This document shows, piece by piece, positions 19,453-28,755 of a stretch of DNA of 57,744 nucleotides. Positions within the stretch are counted from its first letter, which is position 1, and each line of letters begins with the position of its first letter. Made by a program: the position numbers and the translations under genes. The notes beneath the pieces were generated by a model. It saw nothing but the letters and a program-made list of their open reading frames with translations, ran no database searches and had not been told where the DNA came from. Source of the DNA: an uncultured Paracoccus sp. (GTDB lineage: Bacteria; Pseudomonadota; Alphaproteobacteria; Rhodobacterales; Rhodobacteraceae); the NCBI RefSeq assembly GCF_946221145.1, contig NZ_CAMIOH010000001.1:1-57744 (forward strand), in the 5' to 3' direction.

Positions 19453-20150
19453 GCCCCTATGCGGTCGAAACGCAGGATCTGTATCGCGGCTTCAACGGCC
19501 GCACCATCCTGGCGGGGCTGGACCTGCGCATCCGCAAGGGCGAATTCGTGGCGCTGCTGGGCCGGTCGGGATCGGGGAAAAGCACCTTCCTGAAGGCGCT
19601 GGCGGAACTGGACCACGACGTGACCGGATCGGGCCGCCTGGACGTGCCGCAGAACCGATCGGTGGTGTTCCAGGACGCCCGGCTGCTGCCCTGGCGGACG
19701 GTGTTGCAGAACGTCACCCTGGGCCTGCGCGGCGCCGATCAGGCCGGGCGCCGGATGCTGGCCGAAGTCGGGCTGGCCGGGCGCGAGGCGTCCTGGCCGG
19801 TGGAGCTGTCGGGCGGCGAACAGCAGCGCGTGGCGCTGGCCCGGTCGCTGGTGCGTCAGCCCGACCTGCTGCTGGCCGACGAACCCTTCGGCGCGCTGGA
19901 TGCGCTGACCCGGATCAGGATGCATGTCCTGCTCAAGGAGCTTTGCGCCCGCCACCAGCCCGCCGTGCTGCTGGTCACCCATGACGTGGACGAGGCGATC
20001 GCGCTGGCCGACCGCATCCTGGTGCTGGAGGACGGGGCGTTCGTCGAGGATCTGGCCATCGACCTGCCAGGCCCGCGCGAACATGACAACGCGCGCTTCG
20101 GCCAGCTGCGCCGCCATTTGCTGGGCAAGCTGGGCGTCAGCACGCATTGA
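19428..20150 (+). CDS. SsuB-like ABC ATP-binding protein
   Basis: GRSGSGKS, FQDARLLPW, LSGGEQQR, DEPFGALDALTR. Confidence 0.93.
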   Translation: MAPHAVAIGPYAVETQDLYRGFNGRTILAGLDLRIRKGEFVALLGRSGSGKSTFLKALAELDHDVTGSGRLDVPQNRSVVFQDARLLPWRTVLQNVTLGLRGADQAGRRMLAEVGLAGREASWPVELSGGEQQRVALARSLVRQPDLLLADEPFGALDALTRIRMHVLLKELCARHQPAVLLVTHDVDEAIALADRILVLEDGAFVEDLAIDLPGPREHDNARFGQLRRHLLGKLGVSTH

Positions 20151-20161
20151 GAGGGACCGAC

Positions 20162-21502
20162 ATGACCAAACGGCAACTGAACCTGAACCTGTTCATCTAT
20201 CCCGGCGGCCATCACGAGGCGGGCTGGCGTTACCACGGATCCGATCCCGACCGTGTTCTGGACATCCGCTATTACCAGGAACTGGCCCAGAAGGCCGAGG
20301 CCGCCAAATTCGACGCCGTGTTCTTTGCCGACGGCCCGGCCTTGGCGGACAATATCCGCCACGCCGCCCGGTTCCGGCTGGAACCGTTGACCACGATCAC
20401 CGCGCTTGCGACCGCGACCCGCCGGATCGGCCTGATCGCCACGGCGTCCACGACCTATAACGAACCCTATAATCTGGCGCGGCTCTTCGCATCGGTCGAT
20501 CACATCTCGGGCGGGCGCGTGGGCTGGAACATCGTCACCACAAGCGCCCGGCAGGCGGCCGAGAATTTCGGCCTGGAGGCCCATCCCGATCATGCCGACC
20601 GCTATGGCCGCGCGCATGAGTTCCTGGATGTGGTCACCAAGCTGTGGGACAGCTGGGAAGACGGTGCGGTGGTCAACGACCCGGACAGCGGCGTCTTTGC
20701 CGACGATGCGCGCATTCATGCCATCGACCACAAGGGCGACCATTTCCAGGTGCGCGGCCCGCTGAACATCCCGCGCAGCCCGCAGGGGCGGCCGGTCTAT
20801 GTCCAGGCCGGATCCTCCGAGGACGGACGCCATTTCGCCGCCCGTCATGCCGAGGCGATCTTTACCGCGCATCAGACCCTGGACAGCGCGCAGGCGTTCT
20901 ATGCCGACATCAAGGCGCGGGCGCGCGGCGTCGGCCGCAACCCGGATCATATCCGGGTGCTGCCGGGGATCAGCCCCTATATCGGGTCCACCGAAGCCGA
21001 GGCGCGGGCGTTGCACGATGAGTTCAACGCCCTGACGCAACCGGCCTATTCGCTGCATGTGCTGCGCCAGATGACCGGGCTGGACCTGTCTGGCCATGAT
21101 CTGGACGGACCGTTCCCCCGCCACCTGATCGCCCCCGACAACGACCGGGCCGAGGCCAGCCGCTTCAAGCTGGTCCTGGACATCGTGGACCGCGAACAGC
21201 CGACGATCCGGCAGTTGATGCACCGTCTGGCGGGCGCGCGCGGCCATTGGGTCGTGGTGGGCACCCCGGACCAGATCGCCGACCAGATCCAGACCTGGTT
21301 CGAAACCGGCGCTGCGGATGGCTTCAACGTGATGCCGCCCTGGATCCATGGCGGCTTCGATGCCTTCGTGGACCACGTGCTGCCGATGCTGCGCAGGCGC
21401 GGGCTGTTCCGCAGCGATTACGCCGCCGACACGCTGCGCGGCCATTACGGATTGCCGCGCCCCGACAGCCTTTATGCCCATCCCATCAGGAAAAGCGCCT
21501 GA
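20162..21502 (+). CDS. NtaA/SnaA/DszA-family flavin-dependent monooxygenase
   Basis: AEAAKFDAVFFAD, TASTTYNEPY, DHISGGRVGWNIVT, PRSPQGRPVYVQAGSS. Confidence 0.92.
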   Translation: MTKRQLNLNLFIYPGGHHEAGWRYHGSDPDRVLDIRYYQELAQKAEAAKFDAVFFADGPALADNIRHAARFRLEPLTTITALATATRRIGLIATASTTYNEPYNLARLFASVDHISGGRVGWNIVTTSARQAAENFGLEAHPDHADRYGRAHEFLDVVTKLWDSWEDGAVVNDPDSGVFADDARIHAIDHKGDHFQVRGPLNIPRSPQGRPVYVQAGSSEDGRHFAARHAEAIFTAHQTLDSAQAFYADIKARARGVGRNPDHIRVLPGISPYIGSTEAEARALHDEFNALTQPAYSLHVLRQMTGLDLSGHDLDGPFPRHLIAPDNDRAEASRFKLVLDIVDREQPTIRQLMHRLAGARGHWVVVGTPDQIADQIQTWFETGAADGFNVMPPWIHGGFDAFVDHVLPMLRRRGLFRSDYAADTLRGHYGLPRPDSLYAHPIRKSA

Positions 21503-21503
21503 C

Positions 21504-22865
21504 ATGACCAGACCACGCCAGATCAAGCTGGGCGCGTTCCTGATGGCCACCGGCCATCATGCCGCCGCCTGGCGCCACCCCGATGCCCAGGCGGATGCCG
21601 GGGTGAACGTCGCCCATTACCGCCAGATCGTCCAGACCGCCGAAAGGGCCAAGTTCGACCTGGTGTTCGTGGCCGACAGCCCGGCAGGCTGGCCCCGCGC
21701 CAAGGAACCCGAAGCCCGGCAGCGATCCAGCCAGGGCGCGCATTTCGAACCGCTGACCCTGTGGTCGGCGCTGTCGCAGGTGACCGAAAACATCGGCTTC
21801 GTCGCCACCGCTTCGACCACCTATGAAGACCCCTACCTGCTGGCGCGCCGCTTTGCGTCGCTGGACCATCTGTCGGGCGGGCGCGCGGCCTGGAACGTGG
21901 TGACGACGGGCGCGGACGTGTCGCACAACTTCTCTGTCGCCGGACATCCGGCCCATGCCGACCGCTATGCCCGGGCCGAGGAATTCGTCGATCTGGTCCT
22001 GGACCTGTGGGATTCGCACGAAGACGGGGCCTTTCCGCGCGACAAGGACAGCGGCATCTATGTCGATCTGGACCGGGTGCATCAGCTGAACCACAAGGGC
22101 GCGCATTTCTCGGTCCGCGGGCCGCTGAACGTGCCGCGGCCGCCGCAGGGCCATCCGGTGGTGGTGCAGGCGGGCGCGTCCGAACCCGGCCGCCGGCTGG
22201 CCGCCCGCACGGCCGAGATGATCTTCACCGCCAACCAGACGCTGGCGGATGCGCAGGCCTTCTATGCCGATGTAAAGGGCCGGCTGGCCGGTTTCGGCCG
22301 CCGTCCCGAGGATCTGCTGATCGCGCCGGGCATCTTCCCGGTGCTGGGCGGGACCGAGGCCGAGGCACGGCGCAATCATGACGACATCCAGAACCTGATC
22401 CACCCCGCCATCGCCTGGGAGATTCTGGGCCGCCATTACCAGGGCCGCGATCTGTCCGGCCTGTCGCTGGACGACAAGGCCCCGCCGCTGCCGGAAAGCA
22501 CCGAACTGAACAAAAGCCGCCTGGCCCTTGTCACCGACCTGGTCGCGCGCGGCAACCTGACGCTGCGCCAGCTTTACCTGTCGGTCGCGGGCGCACGGGG
22601 CCATCGCGAGGTCGTGGGCACGCCTGAACAGGTCGCCGATGCGATGCAGGACTGGTTCGACCATGGCGCGGCGGATGCCTTCAACATCATGCCGCCGGTG
22701 CTGCCGCGCGGCCTGGATGATTTCGTGGCCGAGGTGGTGCCGATCCTGCGCCGCCGGGGGCTGTTCCGCGACGATTACGAAGGCCCGACCCTGCGCGAGA
22801 ACCTGGGCCTTGCGCGGCCGGAAAACCGCTTTGCCGCCCGGCGCAGGATCACGGCAGCGGAATGA
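21504..22865 (+). CDS. NtaA/SnaA/DszA-family flavin-dependent monooxygenase, second paralog
   Basis: HHAAAWRHP, AERAKFDLVFVAD, PQGHPVVVQAGAS, TLRENLGL. Confidence 0.92.
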   Translation: MTRPRQIKLGAFLMATGHHAAAWRHPDAQADAGVNVAHYRQIVQTAERAKFDLVFVADSPAGWPRAKEPEARQRSSQGAHFEPLTLWSALSQVTENIGFVATASTTYEDPYLLARRFASLDHLSGGRAAWNVVTTGADVSHNFSVAGHPAHADRYARAEEFVDLVLDLWDSHEDGAFPRDKDSGIYVDLDRVHQLNHKGAHFSVRGPLNVPRPPQGHPVVVQAGASEPGRRLAARTAEMIFTANQTLADAQAFYADVKGRLAGFGRRPEDLLIAPGIFPVLGGTEAEARRNHDDIQNLIHPAIAWEILGRHYQGRDLSGLSLDDKAPPLPESTELNKSRLALVTDLVARGNLTLRQLYLSVAGARGHREVVGTPEQVADAMQDWFDHGAADAFNIMPPVLPRGLDDFVAEVVPILRRRGLFRDDYEGPTLRENLGLARPENRFAARRRITAAE

Positions 22866-22875
22866 AGGCCGCGGC

Positions 22876-24300
22876 ATGACGAATACGAAGAAGGGTGCGC
22901 CCGCGCGCCTGCCCTGGCTGGTGCCGCTGGTCCTGTCGGTGGCGCTGTTCATGGAGAACATGGATTCCACCGTGATCGCGACATCGCTGCCCGCGATCGC
23001 GGCCGATATCGGCAGCACGCCCATCGCGCTGAAACTGGCCTTCACCGCGTATTTCCTGGCTCTGGCGATCTTCATCCCGGTCAGCGCCTGGGCGGGCGAC
23101 CGCTTTGGCCCGACGCGGGTGTTTCGCGCGGCGATCCTGGTCTTCATGCTGGGATCGCTGGGCTGCGCCTTCGCGACATCGCTGGAGGGCTTTGTCGCCG
23201 CGCGGTTCCTGGGCGGCATGGGCGGGGCGATGATGACGCCGCTGGCCCGGCTGATGCTGTATCGCATCACTCCGCGCGCCGGGCTGATGCGGGCCACGGC
23301 GACGATGACCATCCCGGCGGTGGTGGCGCCGCTGGTCGGACCGCTGGTCGGCGGCGCGCTGACCACCTTTGTCGGCTGGGAGTGGATCTTTCTGGTGAAC
23401 CTGCCGGTCGGGCTGGCGGGGATCGTCGCGGTGGGCCTGCTGGTCCGCGACGTGCCCGCCGGGCCGGTCCGCGCCCTGGACTGGCGGGGCTTCCTGCTGC
23501 TGGCGGTGGCGTTTTCGGGGCTGATGTCGGGGCTGTCGCTGGTCAGCCTGCCGATCCTGCCGGTCTGGGCGGCGCTGTCGCTGACCGCGCTTGGCCTGGG
23601 CGCGGGCGGGGTTTACCTGCGCCATGCCGCGCGTCATCCGGCGCCGCTGCTGGATCCGGCGATCTTTCGCGAACCGGTGTTCCGGGGCGCCACCGCCGCC
23701 ACGACGCTGTTCCTGATCGGCGCAGGGGCGGTGCCGTTCCTGCTGCCGCTGATGCTGCAACTGGGCTTTGGCCTGACCGCGTTTCAGGCGGGCGCGATCA
23801 CCTTTGCCGGCGGCATCGGGGCGATCGGGGCCAAGCTGATCTCGACCCATGTCTTTGCCAGTCACGGCTTTCGCAATCCGATGATCCTGGCGGTTCTGCT
23901 GGCGGCGATGGGTTTGGCGATCAAGGGCTGGCTGACACCCGACACCCCACATCTGCTGATCGCGGCGCTGCTGGTATCGGGCGGCGTGCTGCGGTCGCTG
24001 TTCTTTACCGGGCAGCACGTCCTGACCATATCGGAGATCCCGGCCGACAGCGCGGGCGCCGCCCTGGCGCTGACCACCGTGTTGCGTCCCATCGCCACCG
24101 CGCTTGGCGTGGCCCTGGCCGGGGGGATCCTGGAATTCGGCAGCCACCAGACGGGCGGGCTGACGCTCGAGGCGTTCCACATGGCCTTTTTCGGGCTTGC
24201 GGCGGTGTCCTGCCTTGCCATCCTGCCGCTGCTGCGCCTGCCCGCCGGATCCGGCAGCGAAATGTCCGGGCATGTCCTGCCTGCCCGCGCCACCCCCTGA
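22876..24300 (+). CDS. MFS transporter (DHA2/EmrB-like, 14 TM)
   Basis: FMENMDSTVIATSLPAIA, GPLVGGAL, WIFLVNLPVG. Confidence 0.9.
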   Translation: MTNTKKGAPARLPWLVPLVLSVALFMENMDSTVIATSLPAIAADIGSTPIALKLAFTAYFLALAIFIPVSAWAGDRFGPTRVFRAAILVFMLGSLGCAFATSLEGFVAARFLGGMGGAMMTPLARLMLYRITPRAGLMRATATMTIPAVVAPLVGPLVGGALTTFVGWEWIFLVNLPVGLAGIVAVGLLVRDVPAGPVRALDWRGFLLLAVAFSGLMSGLSLVSLPILPVWAALSLTALGLGAGGVYLRHAARHPAPLLDPAIFREPVFRGATAATTLFLIGAGAVPFLLPLMLQLGFGLTAFQAGAITFAGGIGAIGAKLISTHVFASHGFRNPMILAVLLAAMGLAIKGWLTPDTPHLLIAALLVSGGVLRSLFFTGQHVLTISEIPADSAGAALALTTVLRPIATALGVALAGGILEFGSHQTGGLTLEAFHMAFFGLAAVSCLAILPLLRLPAGSGSEMSGHVLPARATP

Positions 24301-24313
24301 ACGGAGAGAATGA

Positions 24314-25369
24314 ATGACGCTTGACCACCGCCCCCTTGGCCGCAGCGGGATCACCGTTTCGGCCATCGCACTGGGCACCATGACCTGGGGCGAACAGAAC
24401 AGCGAAGCCGAAGGCCATGCACAACTGGATCGCGCCGTCGATTTCGGCATCACCCTGATCGACACGGCCGAGAATTATTCGATCCCGCCCAGGGCCGAAA
24501 CGCAGGGATCGACCGAACGGATCATCGGCACCTGGCTGAAGGCGCGCGGCGGGCGGGACCGGATCGTGCTGGCCTCTAAGGTCTCGGGGCCCAGCGACCG
24601 CACCTATCTGCGCGCGGATGGCAGCCATCCCCGGCTGGATGCGAAAAACATCACCGAGGCCGTCGAGGGATCCCTGCGGCGGTTGCAGACCGATTACCTG
24701 GACCTGTACCAGATCCACTGGCCGAACCGCCCGGTGCCGCTGTTCGGCAATGGCAAGCACGCGCCGTCCCGCGGCCATGACGGATCCGAAGTGCCCATCG
24801 AGGACACGCTGGAAGCGTTGGACGCCGTGGTAAGGTCCGGAAAGGTCCGCCATATCGGCCTGTCGAACGAGACCGCCTGGGGCCTGTCGCGGTTCCTGCA
24901 CCTGTCGGAAACGCAAGGCCTGCCGCGGGTCGCATCGGTCCAGAACGCCTATAACCTGCTGAACCGCACCTATGAACAGGGGCTGGCCGAATTCCACGCG
25001 CGAGAGGATGTGGGCCTCTTGGCCTATTCCCCGCTGGCGCAGGGTTTCCTGACCGGAAAATACCAGAACGGCGCCCGGCCCGAAGGCGCGCGGCTGACGC
25101 TGTTCAACCGGGGCGACCGCTATCAGAAACCCGGCGTGGCCCAGGCGGTCGAGGCCTATCTGCAGATCGCCCGCGATTTTTCGCTGGATCCCGCGCAGCT
25201 TGCCATCGCTTATGTCACCAGCCGTCCCTTCGTGACCGCCAATATCATCGGCGCAACCAAGCCCGACCAGCTGGATTCGGACCTGCGTTCCGTCGATGTA
25301 ACGATCACGCCCGAGATCGAGGACCGCATCGACGCCGTGTTCCAACTGCACGGCAGCCCCGCCCCCTGA
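24314..25369 (+). CDS. Aldo/keto reductase (Tas-like)
   Basis: LGTMTWGEQ, LQTDYLDLYQIHWP, GKVRHIGLSNET, LLAYSPLAQG. Confidence 0.93.
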   Translation: MTLDHRPLGRSGITVSAIALGTMTWGEQNSEAEGHAQLDRAVDFGITLIDTAENYSIPPRAETQGSTERIIGTWLKARGGRDRIVLASKVSGPSDRTYLRADGSHPRLDAKNITEAVEGSLRRLQTDYLDLYQIHWPNRPVPLFGNGKHAPSRGHDGSEVPIEDTLEALDAVVRSGKVRHIGLSNETAWGLSRFLHLSETQGLPRVASVQNAYNLLNRTYEQGLAEFHAREDVGLLAYSPLAQGFLTGKYQNGARPEGARLTLFNRGDRYQKPGVAQAVEAYLQIARDFSLDPAQLAIAYVTSRPFVTANIIGATKPDQLDSDLRSVDVTITPEIEDRIDAVFQLHGSPAP

Positions 25370-25381
25370 GAGGAGAGACCC

Positions 25382-26221
25382 ATGAACATTTCCGTCGATA
25401 CCCCGCGCCCCGCCCAGGCGGCGCAGGCGATCCAGACCCGCTATCGCGAGGATGTGCCGGTGACCGGCTGGAACCCGGTGATCGCCTCGATCCTGGATCA
25501 CCGCTCGGTCCGGGCCTATCTGCCCGATCCGCTGGCCGCCGGGACGGTGGAGACGCTGGTGGCGGCAGCCTCTTCTGCGCCCACCTCATCCAACGTCCAG
25601 GCCTGGAGTGTGGTCGCCGTGACCGACGCCGCCAAGCGCGACGACCTGGCCCGGATCGCGGGCGGGCAGGCCCATATCCGCCAGGCGCCGCTGATCCTGG
25701 TCTGGATCGCCGATTTGGCCAGGGCCGAAGCGGTGGGCGACCGCGCGGGCACGCCGCTGGCCGGGCTGGATTATACCGAAACCTTCCTGCTGGCCGCCAT
25801 CGACGCTGCGCTTGCCGCGCAGAACGCGCTGACGGCGGCGGAATCGCTGGGGCTGGGCACGGTCTATATCGGCGCGCTGCGCAATGATCCCGAAGCGGTG
25901 GCGCGGCTGCTGGATCTGCCGCCGCGCGCTGTCGCGGTCTTTGGTCTGGTGGTCGGCCATCCCGATCCGGCGGTGCCGACGGCGGTCAAGCCGCGCCTGC
26001 CGCAGCAGGCGGTCCTGCATCACGAAACCTATTCCGCCGCCGTCCAGCCCGAGGCCATCGCCCGCCATGACGCGGTGACCCAGGCGTTCCGGGCCGAACA
26101 GAACCTGCCGGATCAAAGCTGGACCGATCTTCTGATCGCCCGGCTGCGCGACGTGGCCGCGCTGAAGGGCCGTCACCGCCTGCGCGAGGTGTTCGAGCGG
26201 CTGGGGATCCGGCTGGGCTGA
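25382..26221 (+). CDS. NfsA/Frp-family NADPH-dependent flavin/nitroreductase
   Basis: HRSVRAY, APTSSNVQAWS, AESLGLGTVYIGALRN, KPRLP. Confidence 0.92.
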   Translation: MNISVDTPRPAQAAQAIQTRYREDVPVTGWNPVIASILDHRSVRAYLPDPLAAGTVETLVAAASSAPTSSNVQAWSVVAVTDAAKRDDLARIAGGQAHIRQAPLILVWIADLARAEAVGDRAGTPLAGLDYTETFLLAAIDAALAAQNALTAAESLGLGTVYIGALRNDPEAVARLLDLPPRAVAVFGLVVGHPDPAVPTAVKPRLPQQAVLHHETYSAAVQPEAIARHDAVTQAFRAEQNLPDQSWTDLLIARLRDVAALKGRHRLREVFERLGIRLG

Positions 26222-26247
26222 CCCCCTCTGGGCTGGCGGGCGGTGCC

Positions 26248-27411
26248 CTACCGCCCGCGCAGCCGCCAGCCTGTCCAGGCGCCCGCCAGGCAGAAGGCGC
26301 CGAACACCCAGCCGGACAACGCCCCGGCCATGATCCCCGACAGCAGTACGCCCACCGTGCAGCCCAGCGACACCATCGCGCCGAAACCCAGCAGAAGCCC
26401 GCCGCCGAACAGGCGCGGCAGGTCGCGGGCCGGGGGAAGGGCGGGTTTCCAATCCCCGGCCAGCGTTGCCGACAGGGCCGAGGCCAGCACCATGCCCAAC
26501 ACGAACACCCCGTTGCGCGACAGAACGCTGTCCTTGATGGCCGTCGCGCAACCGGCAAAGCCGTCCAGCCCGTGCAGCACCATCGGCAACAGTCCGGCCC
26601 CGTCGGCGGCGGTCCGCGCCAGCGATCCCAGCTCGGCCGTGACGCCCAGCGGGCCGACCCGGAGATAGGCCAGCACCGCGATCCAGCCGACCAGAACGCC
26701 GCCCGTCACCGCAGGCCAACGCTGGCCCATGATCCGCCCCCAGGCCGTTCGGGCGGCAGGCTGATCGGGAAAGGGCGCGCGGCCGATCCACAGCGCCAGA
26801 CCCGCCAGCAGGCCCAGCGTCAGCGCCAATGCCCCGCCATGACCCAGCCATTGCGGCAGCCAGATCACCCGCGCCCGATGCAGATCGGCCAGATACAGGG
26901 TGTTCCAGGCGATGAACCCCAGACCGAATCCGCAGAACGCCCCGCCAAGCGCCACCAGCGATCCGAAGGCGCCTTCGCCCAGCCGATAGAGATGGGCCGA
27001 GACGCAGGATCCCGACAGCGCCATGCCGATGCCAAACAGGAACGCCCCGACCGCCAGCGTCACGGATACCGGCCCGACATGGGCGTCGGGCGGCAGCCGC
27101 CCGCCCGACGGATCGGGCAGCCAGGCGCCGAACACGGCGGCATAGCCGATGGCGCCCGTGGCAAGGGCCGCCAGGATGCCCAGCATCCCGCGCGGATCGC
27201 GATGGGCGAACCAGTCGCGGAAGATGCACCAGAAACAGAACCGGCTGCGTTGCAGCACCAGCCCGAACAGCGTCCCCAGCCCGAAGGACAGGGGCAGCGA
27301 CCGCCCCAGCCCGTCGCGTGCGGGCAGCAGCGTTGGAAGGATGGCAAGGGCGCCAAGCGCCAGGATGCCGATGGCCAGCCGGGACGGGCTGCGGGAAACG
27401 GACAGGATCAT
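26248..27411 (-). CDS. YeeE/YedE-family thiosulfate/sulfur transporter
   Basis: GLVLQRSRFCF, GMALSGSCVS, GAMVSLGCTVG Cys-containing repeats; multiple TM segments. Confidence 0.9.
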   Translation of the reverse strand: MILSVSRSPSRLAIGILALGALAILPTLLPARDGLGRSLPLSFGLGTLFGLVLQRSRFCFWCIFRDWFAHRDPRGMLGILAALATGAIGYAAVFGAWLPDPSGGRLPPDAHVGPVSVTLAVGAFLFGIGMALSGSCVSAHLYRLGEGAFGSLVALGGAFCGFGLGFIAWNTLYLADLHRARVIWLPQWLGHGGALALTLGLLAGLALWIGRAPFPDQPAARTAWGRIMGQRWPAVTGGVLVGWIAVLAYLRVGPLGVTAELGSLARTAADGAGLLPMVLHGLDGFAGCATAIKDSVLSRNGVFVLGMVLASALSATLAGDWKPALPPARDLPRLFGGGLLLGFGAMVSLGCTVGVLLSGIMAGALSGWVFGAFCLAGAWTGWRLRGR

Positions 27412-27430
27412 GATGCGCCGATGCAAGGAA

Positions 27431-27453
27431 CCGGCCCGACGGGATCGGGCCGG
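27431..27453 (-). terminator. Intercistronic hairpin between the rhodanese gene and yeeE
   Basis: CCGGCCCGA-cggga-TCGGGCCGG 9-bp stem, followed by TTCCTT on the minus strand. Confidence 0.45.
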
Positions 27454-27474
27454 CATGGGACAGGGGCAGGGCGG

Positions 27475-28395
27475 TTACTGGCCGGTCCAGACGGTTCCGG
27501 CCAGGTTCACCACCGGCACGCCGACCGCATTCCCGTATTCCGTCCAGGATCCGTCATAGTTCCTGACATCATAGCCCAGGATCTTCGACAGCGCGAACCA
27601 GGTGTGGCTGGACCGCTCGCCGATGCGGCAATAGGTGATCACGGGTTTCGATCCGTCGATCCCGGCCTTGGCGTAAAGCGCCTTGAGTTCGTCGGCGGGC
27701 TTGAAACGGCCATCCTCTTGCACGGCCTGCGACCAGGGCACGTTCACGGCATCGGGCACATGACCCGCGCGGATCGCGGTTTCCTGGAACCCCTCGGGGG
27801 CGATGATCTTGCCGGAATATTCGTCGGGCGACCGGATGTCCACGATGGCGTCGGATCCGGTCTCGGACGCCTTGACCACATCGGCCAGACGCGCGCGCAG
27901 GGCGGGATCGGCCTCCTCCAGGGCGATGGTGCCGGGCTGCGGCGCCGTTGGCGATGTCGCCAGCGGACGGCCCTCGGCCTCCCACAGCTTGCGGCCGCCG
28001 TCCAGCAGCTTGACGTTGTCCACGCCATAGCTGTCCAGCACCCAGGCCCCCCAGGCCGCGAACCAGTTGTTGGTGTCGCCATACAGGATGACGGTGCTGT
28101 CCTCGTTCACGCCCGCGGCGTGCAGCAGCGTTTGCAACTGGTCCCTGGACGCGATGTCGCGTTTCACCGGATCGACCAGATCGGTGTGCCAGACGACGTT
28201 GGTCGCGCCCTGGATATGGCCGCGCTCGTAGACGCCGGGATTCACGCTGACCTCGATCAGGCGGATCGACGGGTCGTCAAGATTGGCCTCCAGCCATTCG
28301 GTCGTGACCAGCGGCCCATCGGGCACCGCTGCCGCGACCGAGCTGGCGAAGGACAGGCCCGCAGCGGCGGACAGGAAGGTAAGGCGGGCGATCAT
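27475..28395 (-). CDS. Tandem-domain rhodanese/sulfurtransferase with signal peptide
   Basis: GHIQGA, LLDGG, active site YCRIGERSS, YDGSWTEY; N-terminal hydrophobic AxA signal. Confidence 0.93.
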   Translation of the reverse strand: MIARLTFLSAAAGLSFASSVAAAVPDGPLVTTEWLEANLDDPSIRLIEVSVNPGVYERGHIQGATNVVWHTDLVDPVKRDIASRDQLQTLLHAAGVNEDSTVILYGDTNNWFAAWGAWVLDSYGVDNVKLLDGGRKLWEAEGRPLATSPTAPQPGTIALEEADPALRARLADVVKASETGSDAIVDIRSPDEYSGKIIAPEGFQETAIRAGHVPDAVNVPWSQAVQEDGRFKPADELKALYAKAGIDGSKPVITYCRIGERSSHTWFALSKILGYDVRNYDGSWTEYGNAVGVPVVNLAGTVWTGQ

Positions 28396-28410
28396 GCAGG
28401 GCTCCTGATG

Positions 28411-28432
28411 AAATCTCGATCAACATGGTCAT
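28411..28432. promoter_or_regulatory. Putative sulfur-regulon operator, copy 2
   Basis: AAATCTCGATCAACATGGTCAT immediately upstream of the RBS of the rhodanese gene. Confidence 0.6.
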
Positions 28433-28716
28433 GATTCATGACGGCGCGCGTGATCTCAAGGAAACAGTCGGATCGAAAATCGGCCTCGAAGAACACCGTT
28501 CTTCTCTTGGGTGGCTGGTTGACAGCCAATCCGTCGCGAGGCGTGAAATGCCTGCCAGTCGGAGATGAATTTCCCCTTTTCGTCCCGCCCGTCGTTGCCA
28601 TTACAGAATGTGATGCGGATCTGCCTGTCGCGCTGCTGGGCTGATCGGACGCGTTGGATCAGGACGGCGTCACCAGGGGCGCTGCAGATCTGGCATGGTG
28701 CCCTTTCAGGCCAGTG

Positions 28717-28748
28717 AAAAACCCCGCCGCGATGGATCGCGGCGGGGT
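28717..28748 (-). terminator. Intrinsic terminator of nrdJ
   Basis: ACCCCGCCGCGAT-gg-ATCGCGGCGGGGT plus U-tract on the minus strand. Confidence 0.85.
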
Positions 28749-28755
28749 GGGCGTG

